Shown: positions 14,001-27,850 of the stretch, piece by piece
How positions within the stretch are numbered: position 1 is the first letter of the stretch
Layout: each line of letters starts with the position of its first letter
NCBI RefSeq assembly: GCF_009914755.1
Contig: NC_060933.1
Source: the human T2T-CHM13v2.0 reference genome, Homo sapiens
Length of the DNA stretch: 64,000 nt
Direction: 5' to 3' (one strand)
The notes under the pieces: generated by a model
Databases searched by the model: none
What the model was told of the DNA's origin: nothing
Seen by the model: the letters and a program-made list of their open reading frames with translations, nothing else
Made by a program: the position numbers and the translations under genes

Positions 14001-15995
14001 CTCGATTGCAATGGAATGGAATGGAATGGAATTAACCCGAATAGAATGGAATGGAATGGAATGGAACGGAACGGAATGGAATGGAATGGAATGGAACGGA
14101 ACGGAATGGAATGGAATGGAATGGAATGGAATCAACGCGAGTGCAGGGGAATGGAATGGAATGGAATGCAATGGAATGGAAACTTCCGTAATGGAATGGA
14201 ATGGAATGGAATGGAATGAAATGCAATGGATTCAACTCGATTGCAATGGAATGGAATAGAATGGAATGAAATGGAATGGAATGCAATTAATCCGAATAGA
14301 ATGGAATGGAATGGAATGGAACGGAATGGAACGGAATGGAATGGAATGGAATGGAATGGAATGGTATGGAATGGAATGGAATGGTACGGAATAGAATGGA
14401 ATGGAACGAATTGTAATGGAATGGAATTGAATGGAATGGAATGGAATGGAATGGAATCAACGCGAGTGCAGGGGAATGTAATGGAACGGAATGCAATGGA
14501 ATGGAATCATCCGGAATGGAATGGAATGGAATGGAATGGAATGGAATGGAATGGAATCAACCCGAGTGCAATGGAATGGAGTGGAATGGAATGGAATGGA
14601 ATGGAACAACACGAATGGAATGGAATGTAATGGAGAGTAAGGGAGTTGAATAGAATCAATCCGAATGTAATGGAATGGAATGCAACGGAATGGAATGGAA
14701 TGGAATGGAATGGAATGGAATGCAATGGAATGGAATCAACCCGAGTACAATGGAATGGAATGGAATGGAAAGGAATGGAATGGAATGGAATGGAATCGTT
14801 CCGAGTGGAATAGGAGGGAATGTATTCGAGTGGAATGGAAAGGAATGGAATCAACCAGAGTGGAATGGAAGGAAATGGAATGGAATGGAAACTAATAGAA
14901 TGGAATCAACCCGAGTGGAATGGAATGGAAAGGACTGGAATGGAATGGAATGGAATGGAATCAACTCGTTTGTAATGGAATGGAATGGAATGGAATGGAA
15001 TGGAATGGAATTAACCCGAATACAATGGAAGGGAATGGAATGGAATGGAAACTAATAGAATGGAATCAACCCGAATGGAATGGAATGGAAAGGACTGGAA
15101 TGGAATGGAATGGAATGGAATCAACTCGATTGTAATGGAATAGAATGGAATGGAAGGGAATGGAATGGAATTAACCCGAATACAATGGAATGGAATGGAA
15201 TGGAATGGAATGGAGTGGAATGGAATGGAATCAACCCTAGTGCAGGGGAATGGAATGGAATGGAATGCAATGGAATGGAATCATCCGGAATGGAATCGAA
15301 TGGAATGGAATGCAAAGCAATGGAATCAACTCGATTGCAATGGAATGGAATGGAATGGAAAGGAATACATTGGAATCAACCCGAGTGGAATGGAATGGAA
15401 AGGACTTTAATGGACTGGAATGGAATGGAATGCGACGGAATGGAATGGAATGGAATCAACTTGATTGGAATGGAATGGAATGGAATGGAATGGAATGGAA
15501 TGAGATCAACTTGATTGGAATGGAATGGAATGGAATGGAATGGAATGGAATGGAATCAACCCGACTGCAGGGGAATGGAATGGAATGCAATGCAATGGAA
15601 TAGATTCAACTTGAATGGAATGGAAAGAATGGAATCAACACGAGTGGAATGGCATGGATTGGAATGGAATGGAATGGAATCAACCCGAGTACAGGGGAAT
15701 GGAATGGAATGGAATGCAATGGAATGGAATCATCCGTAATGGAATGGAAAGGAATGGAATGGAATGGAAAGGAATAGAATGGAATGGAATGGAATGGAAT
15801 GGAATCAACTCGATTGCAATCGAATGGAATGGAATGGAATTAACCCAAATAGAATGGAATGGAATGGAATGGAACGGAACGGAATGGAATGGAATGGAAT
15901 GGAATGGAACGGAACGGAATGGAATGGAATGGAATGGAATGGAATGGAATCAACGCGAGTGCAGGGGAATGGAATGGAATGGAATGCAATGGAAT

Positions 15996-16010
15996 GGAAT
16001 CTTCCGGAAT
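15996..16010. promoter_or_regulatory. Consensus three-unit heat shock element, gGAAtcTTCcgGAAt (example from the inverted block)
   Basis: Exact match to nGAAnnTTCnnGAAn. Also at 16230, 18171, 22488 and 23371. Motif match only; binding not shown. Confidence 0.55.
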
Positions 16011-16339
16011 GGAATGGAATTGAATGGAATGGAATGGAATGGTATGGAATAAACCCGAGTGCAATGGAATGGAGTGGAATGGAATGGAATGGAATGGAAT
16101 GGAACAACCCGAATGGAATGGAATGGAATGGAGACTAAGGGAGTTGAATAGAATCAATCCGAATGTAATGGAATGGAATGGAACGGAATGGAATTGAATG
16201 GAATGGAATGGAATGGAATGCAGTGGAATGGAAACTTCCGGAATGGAATGGAAAGGAATGGAATGGAATGAAATGCAATGGATTCAACTCGATTGCAATG
16301 GAATGTAATAGAATGGAATGGAATGGAATGGAATGGAAT

Positions 16340-19300
16340 GGAATGGAATCAACTCGATTGCAATGGAATGGAATGGAATGGAATTAACCCGAATAGAATG
16401 GAATGGAATGGAATGGAACGGAACGGAACGGAATGGAATGGAACGGAATGGAATGGAACGGAACGGAACGGAACGGAATGGAATGGAATGGAATGGAATG
16501 GAATGGAATGGAATCAACCCGAGTGCAATGGAATGGAGTGGAATGGAATGGAATGGAATGGAACAACCCGAATGGAATGGAATGTAATGGAGAGTAAGGG
16601 AGTTGAATAGAATCAATCCGAATGTAATGGAATGGAATGGAACGGAATGGAATTGAATGGAATGGAATGGAATGCAATGGAATGGAATCAACCCGAGTGC
16701 AATGGAATGGAGAGGAATGGAATGGAATGGAATGGAAACTACCTGAATGGAATGGAATGTAATGGAGTGTAAGGGAATTGAATAGAATCAATCCGAATGT
16801 AATGGAATGGAATGGAACGGAATGGAATGGAATGGAATGGAATGGAATGGAATCAACCCGACTGCAGGGGAATGGAATGGAATGGAATGCAATGGAATGG
16901 ATTCAACTTGAATGGAATGGAAAGAATGGAATCAACACGAGTGGAATGGCATGGATTGGAATGGAATGGAATGGAATCAACCCGAGTACAGGGGAATGGA
17001 ATGGAATGGAATGCAATGGAATGGAATCATCCGTAATGGAATGGAAAGGAATGGAATGGAATGGAATGGAATGGAATGGAATGGAATGGAATCAACTCGA
17101 TTGCAATCGAATGGAATGCAATGGAATTAACCCAAATAGAATGGAATGGAATGGAATGGAACGGAACGGAATGGAATGAAATGGAATGGAATAGAACGGA
17201 ACGGAACGGAACGGAACGGAACGGAACGGAATGGAATGGAATGGAATGGAATGGAATGGAATCAACGCGAGTGCAGGGGAATGGAATGGAATGGAATTCA
17301 ATGGAATGGAATCTTCCGCAATGGAATGGAATGGAATGGAATGGAATGGAATGGAATGGAATCAACCCGAGTGCAATGGAATGGAGTGGAATGGAATGGA
17401 ATGGAATGGAACAACCCGAATGGAATGGAATGTAATGGAGAGTAAGGGAGTTGAATAGAATCAATCCGAATGTAATGGAATGGAATGGAACGGAATGGAA
17501 TGGAATGGAATGGAATGGAATGCAATGCAATGGAATCAACCCGAGTTCACTGAAATGGAGAGGAATGGAATGGAATGGAATGGAAACTACCCGAAAGGAA
17601 TGGAATGTAATGGAGTGTAAGGGAATTGAATAGAATCAATCCGAATGTAATGGAATGGAATGGAACGGAACGGAATGGAATGGAATGGAATGGAATGGAA
17701 TGGAATGGAATGCAATGGAATGGAATCAACCCGAGTGCAATCAAATGGAATCGAATGGAATGGAATGCAATGGAATGGATTCAACTTGAATGGAATGGAA
17801 AGAATGGAATCAACACGAGTGGAATGGCATGGATTGGAATGCAATGGAATGGAATCAACCCGAGTACAGTGGAATGGAATGGAATGGAATGCAATGGAAT
17901 GGAACCATCCGTAATGGAATGGAAAGGAATGGAATGGTATGGAATGCAATGGAATGGAATGGATTGGAATCAACACGATTGTAATAGAATGGAATGGAAT
18001 GGAATTAACTCAAATAGAATGGAATGGAATGGAATGGAACGGAACGGAATGGAATGTTATGGAATGGAATGGAATGGAATGGAACGGAACGGAATGGAAT
18101 GGAATGGAATGGAATGGAATGGAATCAACGCGGGTGCAGGGGAATGGAATGTAATGGAATGCAAAGGAATGGAATCTTCCGGAATGGAATGGAATGGAAT
18201 GGAATGGAGTCAACCCGAGTGCAAAGGAATGGAGTGGAATGGAATGGAATGGAATGGAACAACCCGAATGGAATGGAATGTAATGGAGAGTAAGGGAGTT
18301 GAATAGAATCAATCCGAATGTAATGGAATGGAATGGAACGGAATGGAATTGAATGGAATGGAATGGAATGCAATGGAATGGAATCAACCCGAGTGCAATG
18401 GAATGGAGAGGAATGGAATGGAATGGAGTGGAAACTACCCGAATGGAATGGAATGTAATGGAGTGTAAAGGAATTGAATAGAATCAATCCGAATATAATG
18501 GAAAGGAATGGAACGGAATGGAATGGAATGGAATGGAATTGAATGGAATGGAATGGAATGCAATGGAATGGAATCAACCCGAGTGCAATCGAATGGAATC
18601 GAATGGAATGGAATGCAATGGAATGGATTCAACTTGAATGGAATGGAAAGAATGGAATCAACACGAGTGGACGGGCAAGGATTGGAATGCAATGGTATAG
18701 AATCAACCTGAGTACAGGGGAATGGAATGGAATGGAATGCAATGGAATGGAATCATCCGTAATGGAATGGAAAGGAATGGAATGGAATGGAATGGAATTA
18801 ACTCGAATAGAATGGAATGGAATGGAATGTAACGGAATGGAACGGAATGGAATGGAATGGAATGGAATGGAATGGAATGGTATGGAATGGAATGGAATGG
18901 TACGGAATAGAATGGAATGGAACGAATTGTAATGGAATGGAATTGAATGGAATGGAATGGAATGGAATGGAATCAACGCGAGTGCAAGGGAATGTAATGG
19001 AACGGAATGCAATGGAATGGAATCATCCGGAATGGAATGGAATGGAATCAACCCGAGTGCAATGGAATGGAGTGGAATGGAATGGAATGGAATGGAACAA
19101 CCCGAATGGAATGGAATGTAATGGAGAGTAAGGGAGTTGAATAGAATCAATCCGAATGTAATGGAATGGAATGCAACGGAATGGAATGGAAAGGAATGGA
19201 ATGGAATGGAATGGAATGGAATGGAATGGAATGGAATGCAATGGAATGGAATCAACCCGAGTTCAATGGAATGGAATGGAATGGAATGGAATGGAATGGA

Positions 19301-21700
19301 GTGGAATGGAGTGGAATTGAATGGAATGGAATGCTTTCAAACCGAATGAAATGGAAAGGAATGGAATCAACACGAGTGGAATGGAATGAAATGGAAAGGA
19401 ATGGAATGGTACGGAATAGAATGGAATGGAACGAAATGGAATGGAATGGAATGGAATGGAATGGAATGGAATAGAATCGTTCCGAGTGGAATAGGAGGGA
19501 ATGTATTCGAGTGGAATGGAAAGGAATGGAATCAACCAGAGTGGAATGGAAGGGAATGGAATGGAATGGAAACTAATAGAATGGAATCAACCCGAGTGGA
19601 ATGGAATGGAAAGGACTGGAATGGAATGGAATGGAATGGAATGGAATGGAATGGAATCAACTCGATTGTAATGGAATGGAATGGAATGGAATGGAATGGA
19701 ATGGAATGGAATGGAATGGAATGGAATTAACCTGAATACAACGGAATGGAATGGAATGGAATGGAATGGAGTGGAATGGAATGGAATCAACCCGAGTGCA
19801 GGGGAATGGAATGGAATGGAATGCAATGGAATGGAATCATCCGGAATGGAATGGAATGGAATGGAATGCAAAGCAATGGAATCAACTCGATTGCAATGGA
19901 ATGGAATGGAATGGAAAGGAATAGAATGGAATCAACCCGAGTGGAATGGAATGGAAAGGACTGGAATGGAGTGGAATGGAATGGAATGGAATAGAATGGA
20001 ATGGAATGGAATCAACTCGATTGGAATGGAATGGAATGGAATGGAATGGAATGGAATGGAATGGAATGGAATCAACCCGACTGAAGGGGAATGGAATGGA
20101 ATGGAATGCAATGGAATGGATTCAACTTGAATGGAATGGAAAGAATGGAATCAACACGAGTGGAATGGCATGGATTGGAATGGAATGGAATGGAATCAAC
20201 CCGAGTACAGGGGAATGGAATGGAATGGAATGCAATGGAATGGAATCATCCGTAATGGAATGGAAAGGAATGGAATGGAATGGAATGGAATGGAATGGAA
20301 TGGAATGGAATGGAATCAACTCGATTGCAATGGAATGGAATGGAATGGAATTAACCCGAATAGAATGGAATGGAATGGAATGGAACGGAACGGAACGGAA
20401 TGGAATGGAACGGAATGGAATGGAACGGAACGGAACGGAACGGAATGGAATGGAATGGAATGGAATGGAATGGAATGGAATGGAATGGAATCAACCCGAG
20501 TGCAATGGAATGGAGTGGAATGGAATGGAATGGAATGGAACAACCCGAATGGAATGGAATGTAATGGAGAGTAAGGGAGTTGAATAGAATCAATCCGAAT
20601 GTAATGGAATGGAATGGAACGGAATGGAATTGAATGGAATGGAATGGAATGCAATGGAATGGAATCAACCCGAGTGCAATGGAATGGAGAGGAATGGAAT
20701 GGAATGGAATGGAAACTACCCGAATGGAATGGAATGTAATGGAGTGTAAGGGAATTGAATAGAATCAATCCGAATGGAATGGAATGGAATGGAACGGAAT
20801 GGAATGGAATGGAATGGAATGGAATGGAATCAACCCGACTGCAGGGGAATGGAATGGAATGGAATGCAATGGAATGGATTCAACTTGAATGGAATGGAAA
20901 GAATGGAATCAACACGAGTGGAATGGCATGGATTGGAATGGAATGGAATGGAATCAACCCGAGTACAGGGGAATGGAATGGAATGGAATGCAATGGAATG
21001 GAATCATCCGTAATGGAATGGAAAGGAATGGAATGGAATGGAATGGAATGGAATGGAATGGAATGGAATGGAATCAACTCGATTGCAATCGAATGGAATG
21101 CAATGGAATTAACCCAAATAGAATGGAATGGAATGGAATGGAACGGAACGGAATGGAATGAAATGGAATGGAATAGAACGGAACGGAACGGAACGGAACG
21201 GAACGGAACGGAATGGAATGGAATGGAATGGAATGGAATCAACGCGAGTGCAGGGGAATGGAATGGAATGGAATTCAATGGAATGGAATCTTCCGCAATG
21301 GAATGGAATGGAATGGAATGGAATGGAATGGAATGGAATCAACCCGAGTGCAATGGAATGGAGTGGAATGGAATGGAATGGAATGGAACAACCCGAATGG
21401 AATGGAATGTAATGGAGAGTAAGGGAGTTGAATAGAATCAATCCGAATGTAATGGAATGGAATGGAACGGAATGGAATGGAATGGAATGGAATGGAATGC
21501 AATGCAATGGAATCAACCCGAGTTCACTGAAATGGAGAGGAATGGAATGGAATGGAATGGAAACTACCCGAAAGGAATGGAATGTAATGGAGTGTAAGGG
21601 AATTGAATAGAATCAATCCGAATGTAATGGAATGGAATGGAACGGAACGGAATGGAATGGAATGGAATGGAATGGAATGGAATGGAATGGAATGCAATGG
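16340..21700 (-). repeat. Direct duplication of ~1.35 kb, offset 3977 (~16340-17720 vs ~20320-21700)
   Basis: Paired ORFs share offset 3977 (16778/20755, 17298/21275, 17451/21428). Shared rare variants: CCGAGTTCACTGAAATGG, CTTCCGCAAT and (GAACG)7. Confidence 0.87.
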
Positions 21701-23750
21701 AATGGAATCATCCGGAATGGAATGGAATGGAATGGAATGCAAAGCAATGGAATCAACTCGATTGCAATGGAATGGAATGGAATGGAAAGGAATACATTGG
21801 AATCAACCCGAGTGGAATGGAATGGAAAGGACTGGAATGGAGTGGATTGGAATGGAATGGAATGGAATGGAATCAACTCGATTGGAATGGAATGGAATGG
21901 AATGGAATGGAATGGAATGGAATTAACCCGAATAGAATGGAATGGAATGGAATGGAACGGAAAGGAACGGAACGGAACAGAACGGAACGGAACGGAATGG
22001 AATGGAATGGAATGGAATGGAATCAAACCGACTGCAGGGGAATGGAATGGAATGGAATGCAATGGAATGGATTCAACTTGAATGGAATGCAAAGAATGGA
22101 ATCAACACGAGTGGAATGGCATGGATTGGAATGGAATGGAATGGAATCAACCCGAGTACAGGGGAATGGAATGGAATGGAATGCAATGGAATGCAATTAT
22201 CCGTAATGGAATGGAAAGGAATGGAATGGAATGGAATGGAATGGAATGGAATGGAATGGAATGGAATGGAATCAACTCGATTGCAATCGAATGGAATGGA
22301 ATGGAATTAACCCGAATAGAATGGAATGGAATGGAATGGAATGGAACAGAACGGAATGGAATGGAATGGAATGGAATGGAATGGAACGGAAAGGAATGGA
22401 ATGGAATGGAATGGAATGGAATGGAATGGAATGGAATGGAATCAACGCGAGTGCAGTGGAATGGAATGGAATGGAATGCAATGGAATGGAATCTTCCGGA
22501 ATGGAATGGAATGGAATGGAATGGAATGGAATGGAATGGAATGGAATAAACCCGAGTGCAATGGAATGGAGTGGAATGGAATGGAATGGAATGGAACAAC
22601 CCGAATGGAATGGAATGTAATGGAGAGTAAGGGAGTTGAATAGAATCAATCCGAATGTAATGGAATGGAATGGAACGGAATGGAATTGAATGGAATGGAA
22701 TGGAATGCAATGGAATGGAATCAACCCGAGTGCAATGGAATGGAGAGGAATGGAATGGAATGGAAACTACCCGAATGGAATGGAATGTAATGGAGTGTAA
22801 GGGAATTGAATAAAATCAATCCGAATGTAATGGAATGGAATGGAACGGAATGGAATGGAATGGAATGGAATGGAATGGAATGGAATGGAATCAACCCGAG
22901 TGCAATCGAATGGAATCGAATGGAATGGAATGCAATGGAATGGATTCAACTTGAATGGAATGGAAAGAATGGAATAAACACGAGTGGAAGGGCATGGATT
23001 GGAATGCAATGGAATGGAATCAACCCGAGTACAGGGGAATGGAATGGAATGGAATGCAATGGAATGGAATCATCCGTAATGGAATGGAAAGGAATGGAAT
23101 GGAATGGAATGGAATGGAATGGAATGGAATCAACACGATTGCAATCGAATGGAATGGAATGGAATTAACCCGAATAGAATGGAATGGAATGGAATGGAAC
23201 GGAACGGAATGGAATGGAATGGAATGGAATGGAATGGAATGGAATGGAACGGAACGGAATGGAATGGAATGGAATGGAATGCAATGGAACGCAACGGAAT
23301 GGAATGGAATGGAATGGAATGGAATCAACGCGAGTGCAGGGGAATGGAATGTAATGGAATGCAATGGAATGGAATCTTCCGGAATGGAATGGAATGGAAT
23401 GGAATCAACCCGAGTGCAATGGAATGGAGTGGAATGGAATGGAATGGAATGGAACAACCCGAATGGGATGGAATGTAATGGAGAGTAAAGGAGTTGAATA
23501 GAATCAATCCGAATGTAATGGAATGGAATGCAACGGAATGGAATGGAATTGAATGGAATGGAATGGAATGCAATGGAACGGAATCAACCCGAGTGCAATG
23601 GAATGGAGAGGAGGGGAATGGAATGGAGTGGAAACTACCCGAATGGAATGGAATGTAATGGAGTGTAAGGGAATTGAATAAAATCAATCCGAATGTAATG
23701 GAATGGAATGGAACGGAATGGAATGGAATGGAATGGAAAGGAAAGAAGGG

Positions 23751-23778
23751 AATGGAATCAACCCGAGTTGATTCCATT
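23751..23778. other. Strand-switch junction J2 (GGAAT to CATTC); perfect 12-bp inverted repeat with 4-nt spacer
   Basis: AATGGAATCAAC-CCGA-GTTGATTCCATT. CGAGT (23764-23768) belongs to both the minus-strand CAACCCGAGT module and the plus-strand CGAGTTGA module. Confidence 0.93.
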
Positions 23779-26099
23779 GCTTTGCATTCCGTTCCACTCC
23801 ATTCCTTTTCATTGTATTCGGGTTAATTCCATTGCATTCCATTCCATTCCATTCCTTTCCGTTCCATTCCATTCCATTCCATTCCATTCCATTCCGTTCC
23901 GTTCCGTTCCATTCCATTCCATTCCATTGTATTCGTGTTAATACCATTCCATTCCATTCCATTCCATTCCAATCCATTACAATCGAGTTGATTCCATTCC
24001 ATTCCATTCCATTCCATTCCATTCCATTCCATTCCTTTCCATTCCATTCTACTCGGGTTGATTCCATTCTATTAGTTTCCATTCCATTCCATTCCCTTCC
24101 ATTCCACTCTGGTTGATTCCATTCCTTTCCATTTCACTCGAATACATTCCCTCCTATTCCACTCGGAACGATTCCATTCCATTCCATTCCATTCCATTCC
24201 ATTCCATTCCATTCCATTCCATTCCATTCCATTTCGTTCCATTCCATTCTATTCCGTACCATTCCATTCCATTCCATTCCATTCCATTCGATTCCATTCC
24301 ACTCGTGTTGATTACATTCCTTTCCATTCCATTCAGTTTGAAGGCATTCCATTCCATTCCATTCCATTCCATTCCATTCCATTCCATTCCATTCCATTTG
24401 ATTCCATTCCATTCCATTCCATTCCATTCCATTGTACTCGGGTTGATTCCATTCCATTGCATTCCATTCCATTCCATTCCATTCCATTCCATTCCATTCC
24501 ATTCCATTCCATTCCGGATGATTCCATTCCAATGCATTCCATTCCATTCCATTCCCCTGCACTCGGGTTGATTACATTCCATTCCCTTCCCTTCCATTCC
24601 TTTCCATTCCATTCCATTCCATTCTATTCGGGTGAATTCCATTCCATTCCATTCCATTCCATTCCATTCCATTCCATTGCAATCGAGTTGATTCCATTAC
24701 ATTCCATTCCATTCCGTTCCGGATGATTCCATTCCATTGCATTCCATTCCATTCCATTCCCCTGCAGTCGGTTTGATTCCTTTCCATTCCATTCCATTCC
24801 ATTCCATTCTATTCCATTCCGTTCCATTCCATTGCATTCCATTCTATTCGGGTTAATTCCATTCCATTCCTTTCCATTCCATTCCAATCGAGTTAATTCC
24901 ATTCCATTGCATTCCATTACACTCCATTCCATTCCTTTCCATTCCATTCCACTCGGGTTGATTCCATTCTATTCCTTTCCATTCCATTCCATTGCAATAG
25001 AGTTGATTCCATTGCATTGCATTCCATTCCATTCCATTCCATTCCGGATGTTTCCATTCCATTGCATTCCATTCCATTCCATTCCCCTGCACTCGGGTTG
25101 ATTCCATTCCATTCCACTCCATTCCGTTCCATTGCATTCCATTCCATTGTATTCGGGTTAATTCCATTGCATTCCATTCCATTCCATTCCATTCCATTCC
25201 ATTACAATCGAGTTGATTCCATTCCATTCCATTCCATTCCATTCCATTCCATTCCATTCCATTCCATTCCTTTCCATTCCATTCCACTCGGGTTGATTCC
25301 ATTCTATTAGTTTCCATTCCATTCCATTCCCTTCCATTCCACTCTGGTTGATTCCATTCCTTTCCATTCCACTCGAATACATTCCCTCCCATTCCCTCGG
25401 AACAATTCCATTCCATTCCATAGCATTCTATTCCATTCCATTTCGTTCCATTCCATTCTATTCCATTCTGTTCCGTTCCGTTCCATTCCATTCCATTCCA
25501 TTCTATTCGGGTTAATTCCATTCCATTCCATTCGATTGCAATCGAGTTGATTCCATTCCATTCTATTCCATTCCATTCCATTCCTTTCCATTCCATTACG
25601 GATGATTCCATTCCATTGCATTCCATTCCATTCCATTCCCCTGTACTCGGGTTGATTCCATTCCATTCCATTCCATTGAATTCCATTCCATTCCATTCCG
25701 TTCCGTTCCATTCCATTCCATTACAATCGAGTTGATTCCATTCCATTCCATTCCATTCCAGTCCTTTCCATTCCATTCCACTCGGGTTGATTCCATTCTA
25801 TTAGTTTCCATTCCATTCCATTCCCTTCCATTCCACTCTGGTTGATTCCATTCCTTTCCATTCCACTCGAATACATTCCCTGCTATTCCACTCGGAACGA
25901 TTCCATTCCATTCCATTCCATTCCATTCCATTCCATTCCATTTCTTTCCATTCCATTCTATTCCGTATCATTCCATTCCATTCCATTCCATTCCATTGTA
26001 CTCGGGTTGATTCCATTCCACTGCATTCCATTCCATTCCATTCCATTCCATTCCGTTGCATTCCAATCCATGCCCTTCCACTCGTGTTGATTCCATTCT

Positions 26100-27850
26100 T
26101 TCCATTCCATTCAAGTTGAATCCATTCGATTGCATTCCATTCCATTCGATTCCATTCGATTGCACTCGGATTGATTCCATTCCATTGCATTCCATTCCAT
26201 TCCATTCCATTCCATTCCATTCCGTTCCATTCCATTCCATTACATTCGGATTGATTCTATTCAATTCCCTTACACTCCATTACATTCCATTCCATTCGGG
26301 TAGTTTCCATTCCATTCCATTCCATTCCTCTCCATTCCATTGCACTCTGGTTGATTCCATTCCATTGCATTCCATTCCATTCCATTCAATTCCATTCCGT
26401 TCCATTCCATTCCATTACATTCGGATTGATTCTATTCAACTCCCTTACTCTCCGTTACATTCCATTCCATTCGGGTTGTTCCATTCCATTCCATTCCATT
26501 CCACTCCATTCCATTGCACTCGGGTTTATTCCATTCCATTCCATTCCATTCCATTCCATTCCATTCCATTCCATTCCTGAAGATTCCATTCCATTGCATT
26601 CCATTCCATTCCATTCCCCTGCACTCGCGTTGATTCCATTGCATTCCATTCCATTCCATTCCGTTCAATTCCATTCCTTTCCGTTCCGTTCCATTCCATT
26701 CCATTCCATTCCATTCCGTTCCATTCCGTTCCATTCCATTCCATTCCAATCCATTCTATTCAGGTTAATTCCTTTCCATTCCATTCGACTGCAATCGAGT
26801 TGATTCCATTCCATTCCATTCCATTCCATTCCATTCCATTGCTTTCCATTCCATTACGGATGATTCCATTCCATTGCATTCCATTCCATTCCATTCCCCT
26901 GTACTCGGGTTGATTCCATTCCATTCAATTCCAATCCATGCCATTCCACTCGTGTTGATTCCACTCTTTCCATTCCATTCAAGTTGAATCCATTCTATTG
27001 CATTCCATTCGATTCCATTCGATTGCACTCAGGTTGATTCCATTCCATTGCATTCCATTCCATTCAATTCCATTCCATTCCATTCCATTCCGTTCCATTC
27101 CATTCCATTACATTCGGATTGATTCTATTCAATTCCCTTACACTCCATTACATTCCATTCCATTCGGGTAGTTTCCATTCCATTCCATTCCATTCCTCTC
27201 CATTCCATTGCACTCGGGTTGATTCCATTCCATTGCATTCCATTCCATTCCATTCAATTCCATTCCGTTCCATTCCATTCCATTACATTCGGATTGATTC
27301 TATTCAACTCCCTTACTCTCCGTTACATTCCATTCCATTCGGGTTGTTCCATTCCATTCCATTCCATTCCACTCCATTCCATTGCACTCGGGTTTATTCC
27401 ATTCCATTCCATTCCATTCCATTCCATTCCATTCCATTCCTGAAGATTCCATTCCATTGCATTCCATTCCATTCCATTCCCCTGCACTCGCGTTGATTCC
27501 ATTGCATTCCATTCCAATCCATTGCGTTCCATTCCATTCCTTTCCGTTCCGTTCCATTCCATTCCATTCCATTCCATTCCGTTCCGTTCCGTTCCGTTCC
27601 ATTCCATTCCAATCCATTCTATTCAGGTTAATTCCATTCCATTCCATTCGACTGCAATCGAGTTGATTCCATTCCATTCCATTCCATTCCATTCCATTCC
27701 ATTCCATTGCTTTCCATTCCATTACGGATGTTTCCATTCCATTGCATTCCATTCCATTCCATTCCCCTGTACTCGGGTTGATTCCATTCCATTCCATTCC
27801 AATCCATGCCTTTCCACTCGTGTTGATTCCACTCTTTCCATTCCATTCAA
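26100..27850 (+). repeat. Tandem duplication, unit ~868 bp
   Basis: ORF offsets of 868 (26351/27219, 26432/27300, 26526/27394). Shared variants: CCTGAAGATTCC, CTCCGTTACA, TTCAGGTTAA, TCGACTGCAA. Confidence 0.85.

Larger units (their letters stand above)
11084..23768 (-). repeat. Opposite-orientation HSat3 block, GGAAT on plus strand (~12.7 kb)
   Basis: Abrupt switch from CATTC to GGAAT at 11084-11086 and back at 23764-23768. Confidence 0.97.

Noticed and set aside
11086-23765. Inverted block as a mobile element or recombinase-controlled invertible switch
   Set aside because: No terminal repeats beyond 3-5-bp microhomology, no target-site duplication and no recombinase or transposase. The content is entirely satellite.
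23751-23778. J2 hairpin as a rho-independent terminator or miRNA precursor
   Set aside because: The context is eukaryotic satellite, there is no real U-tract, and the stem follows directly from the strand switch.
24131-24175. ACTCGAATACATTCCCTCCTATTCCACTCGGAACGATTCC as a non-satellite insertion
   Set aside because: It stays in pentamer phase and recurs about 11 times in B-type sequence, so it is a diverged satellite module.
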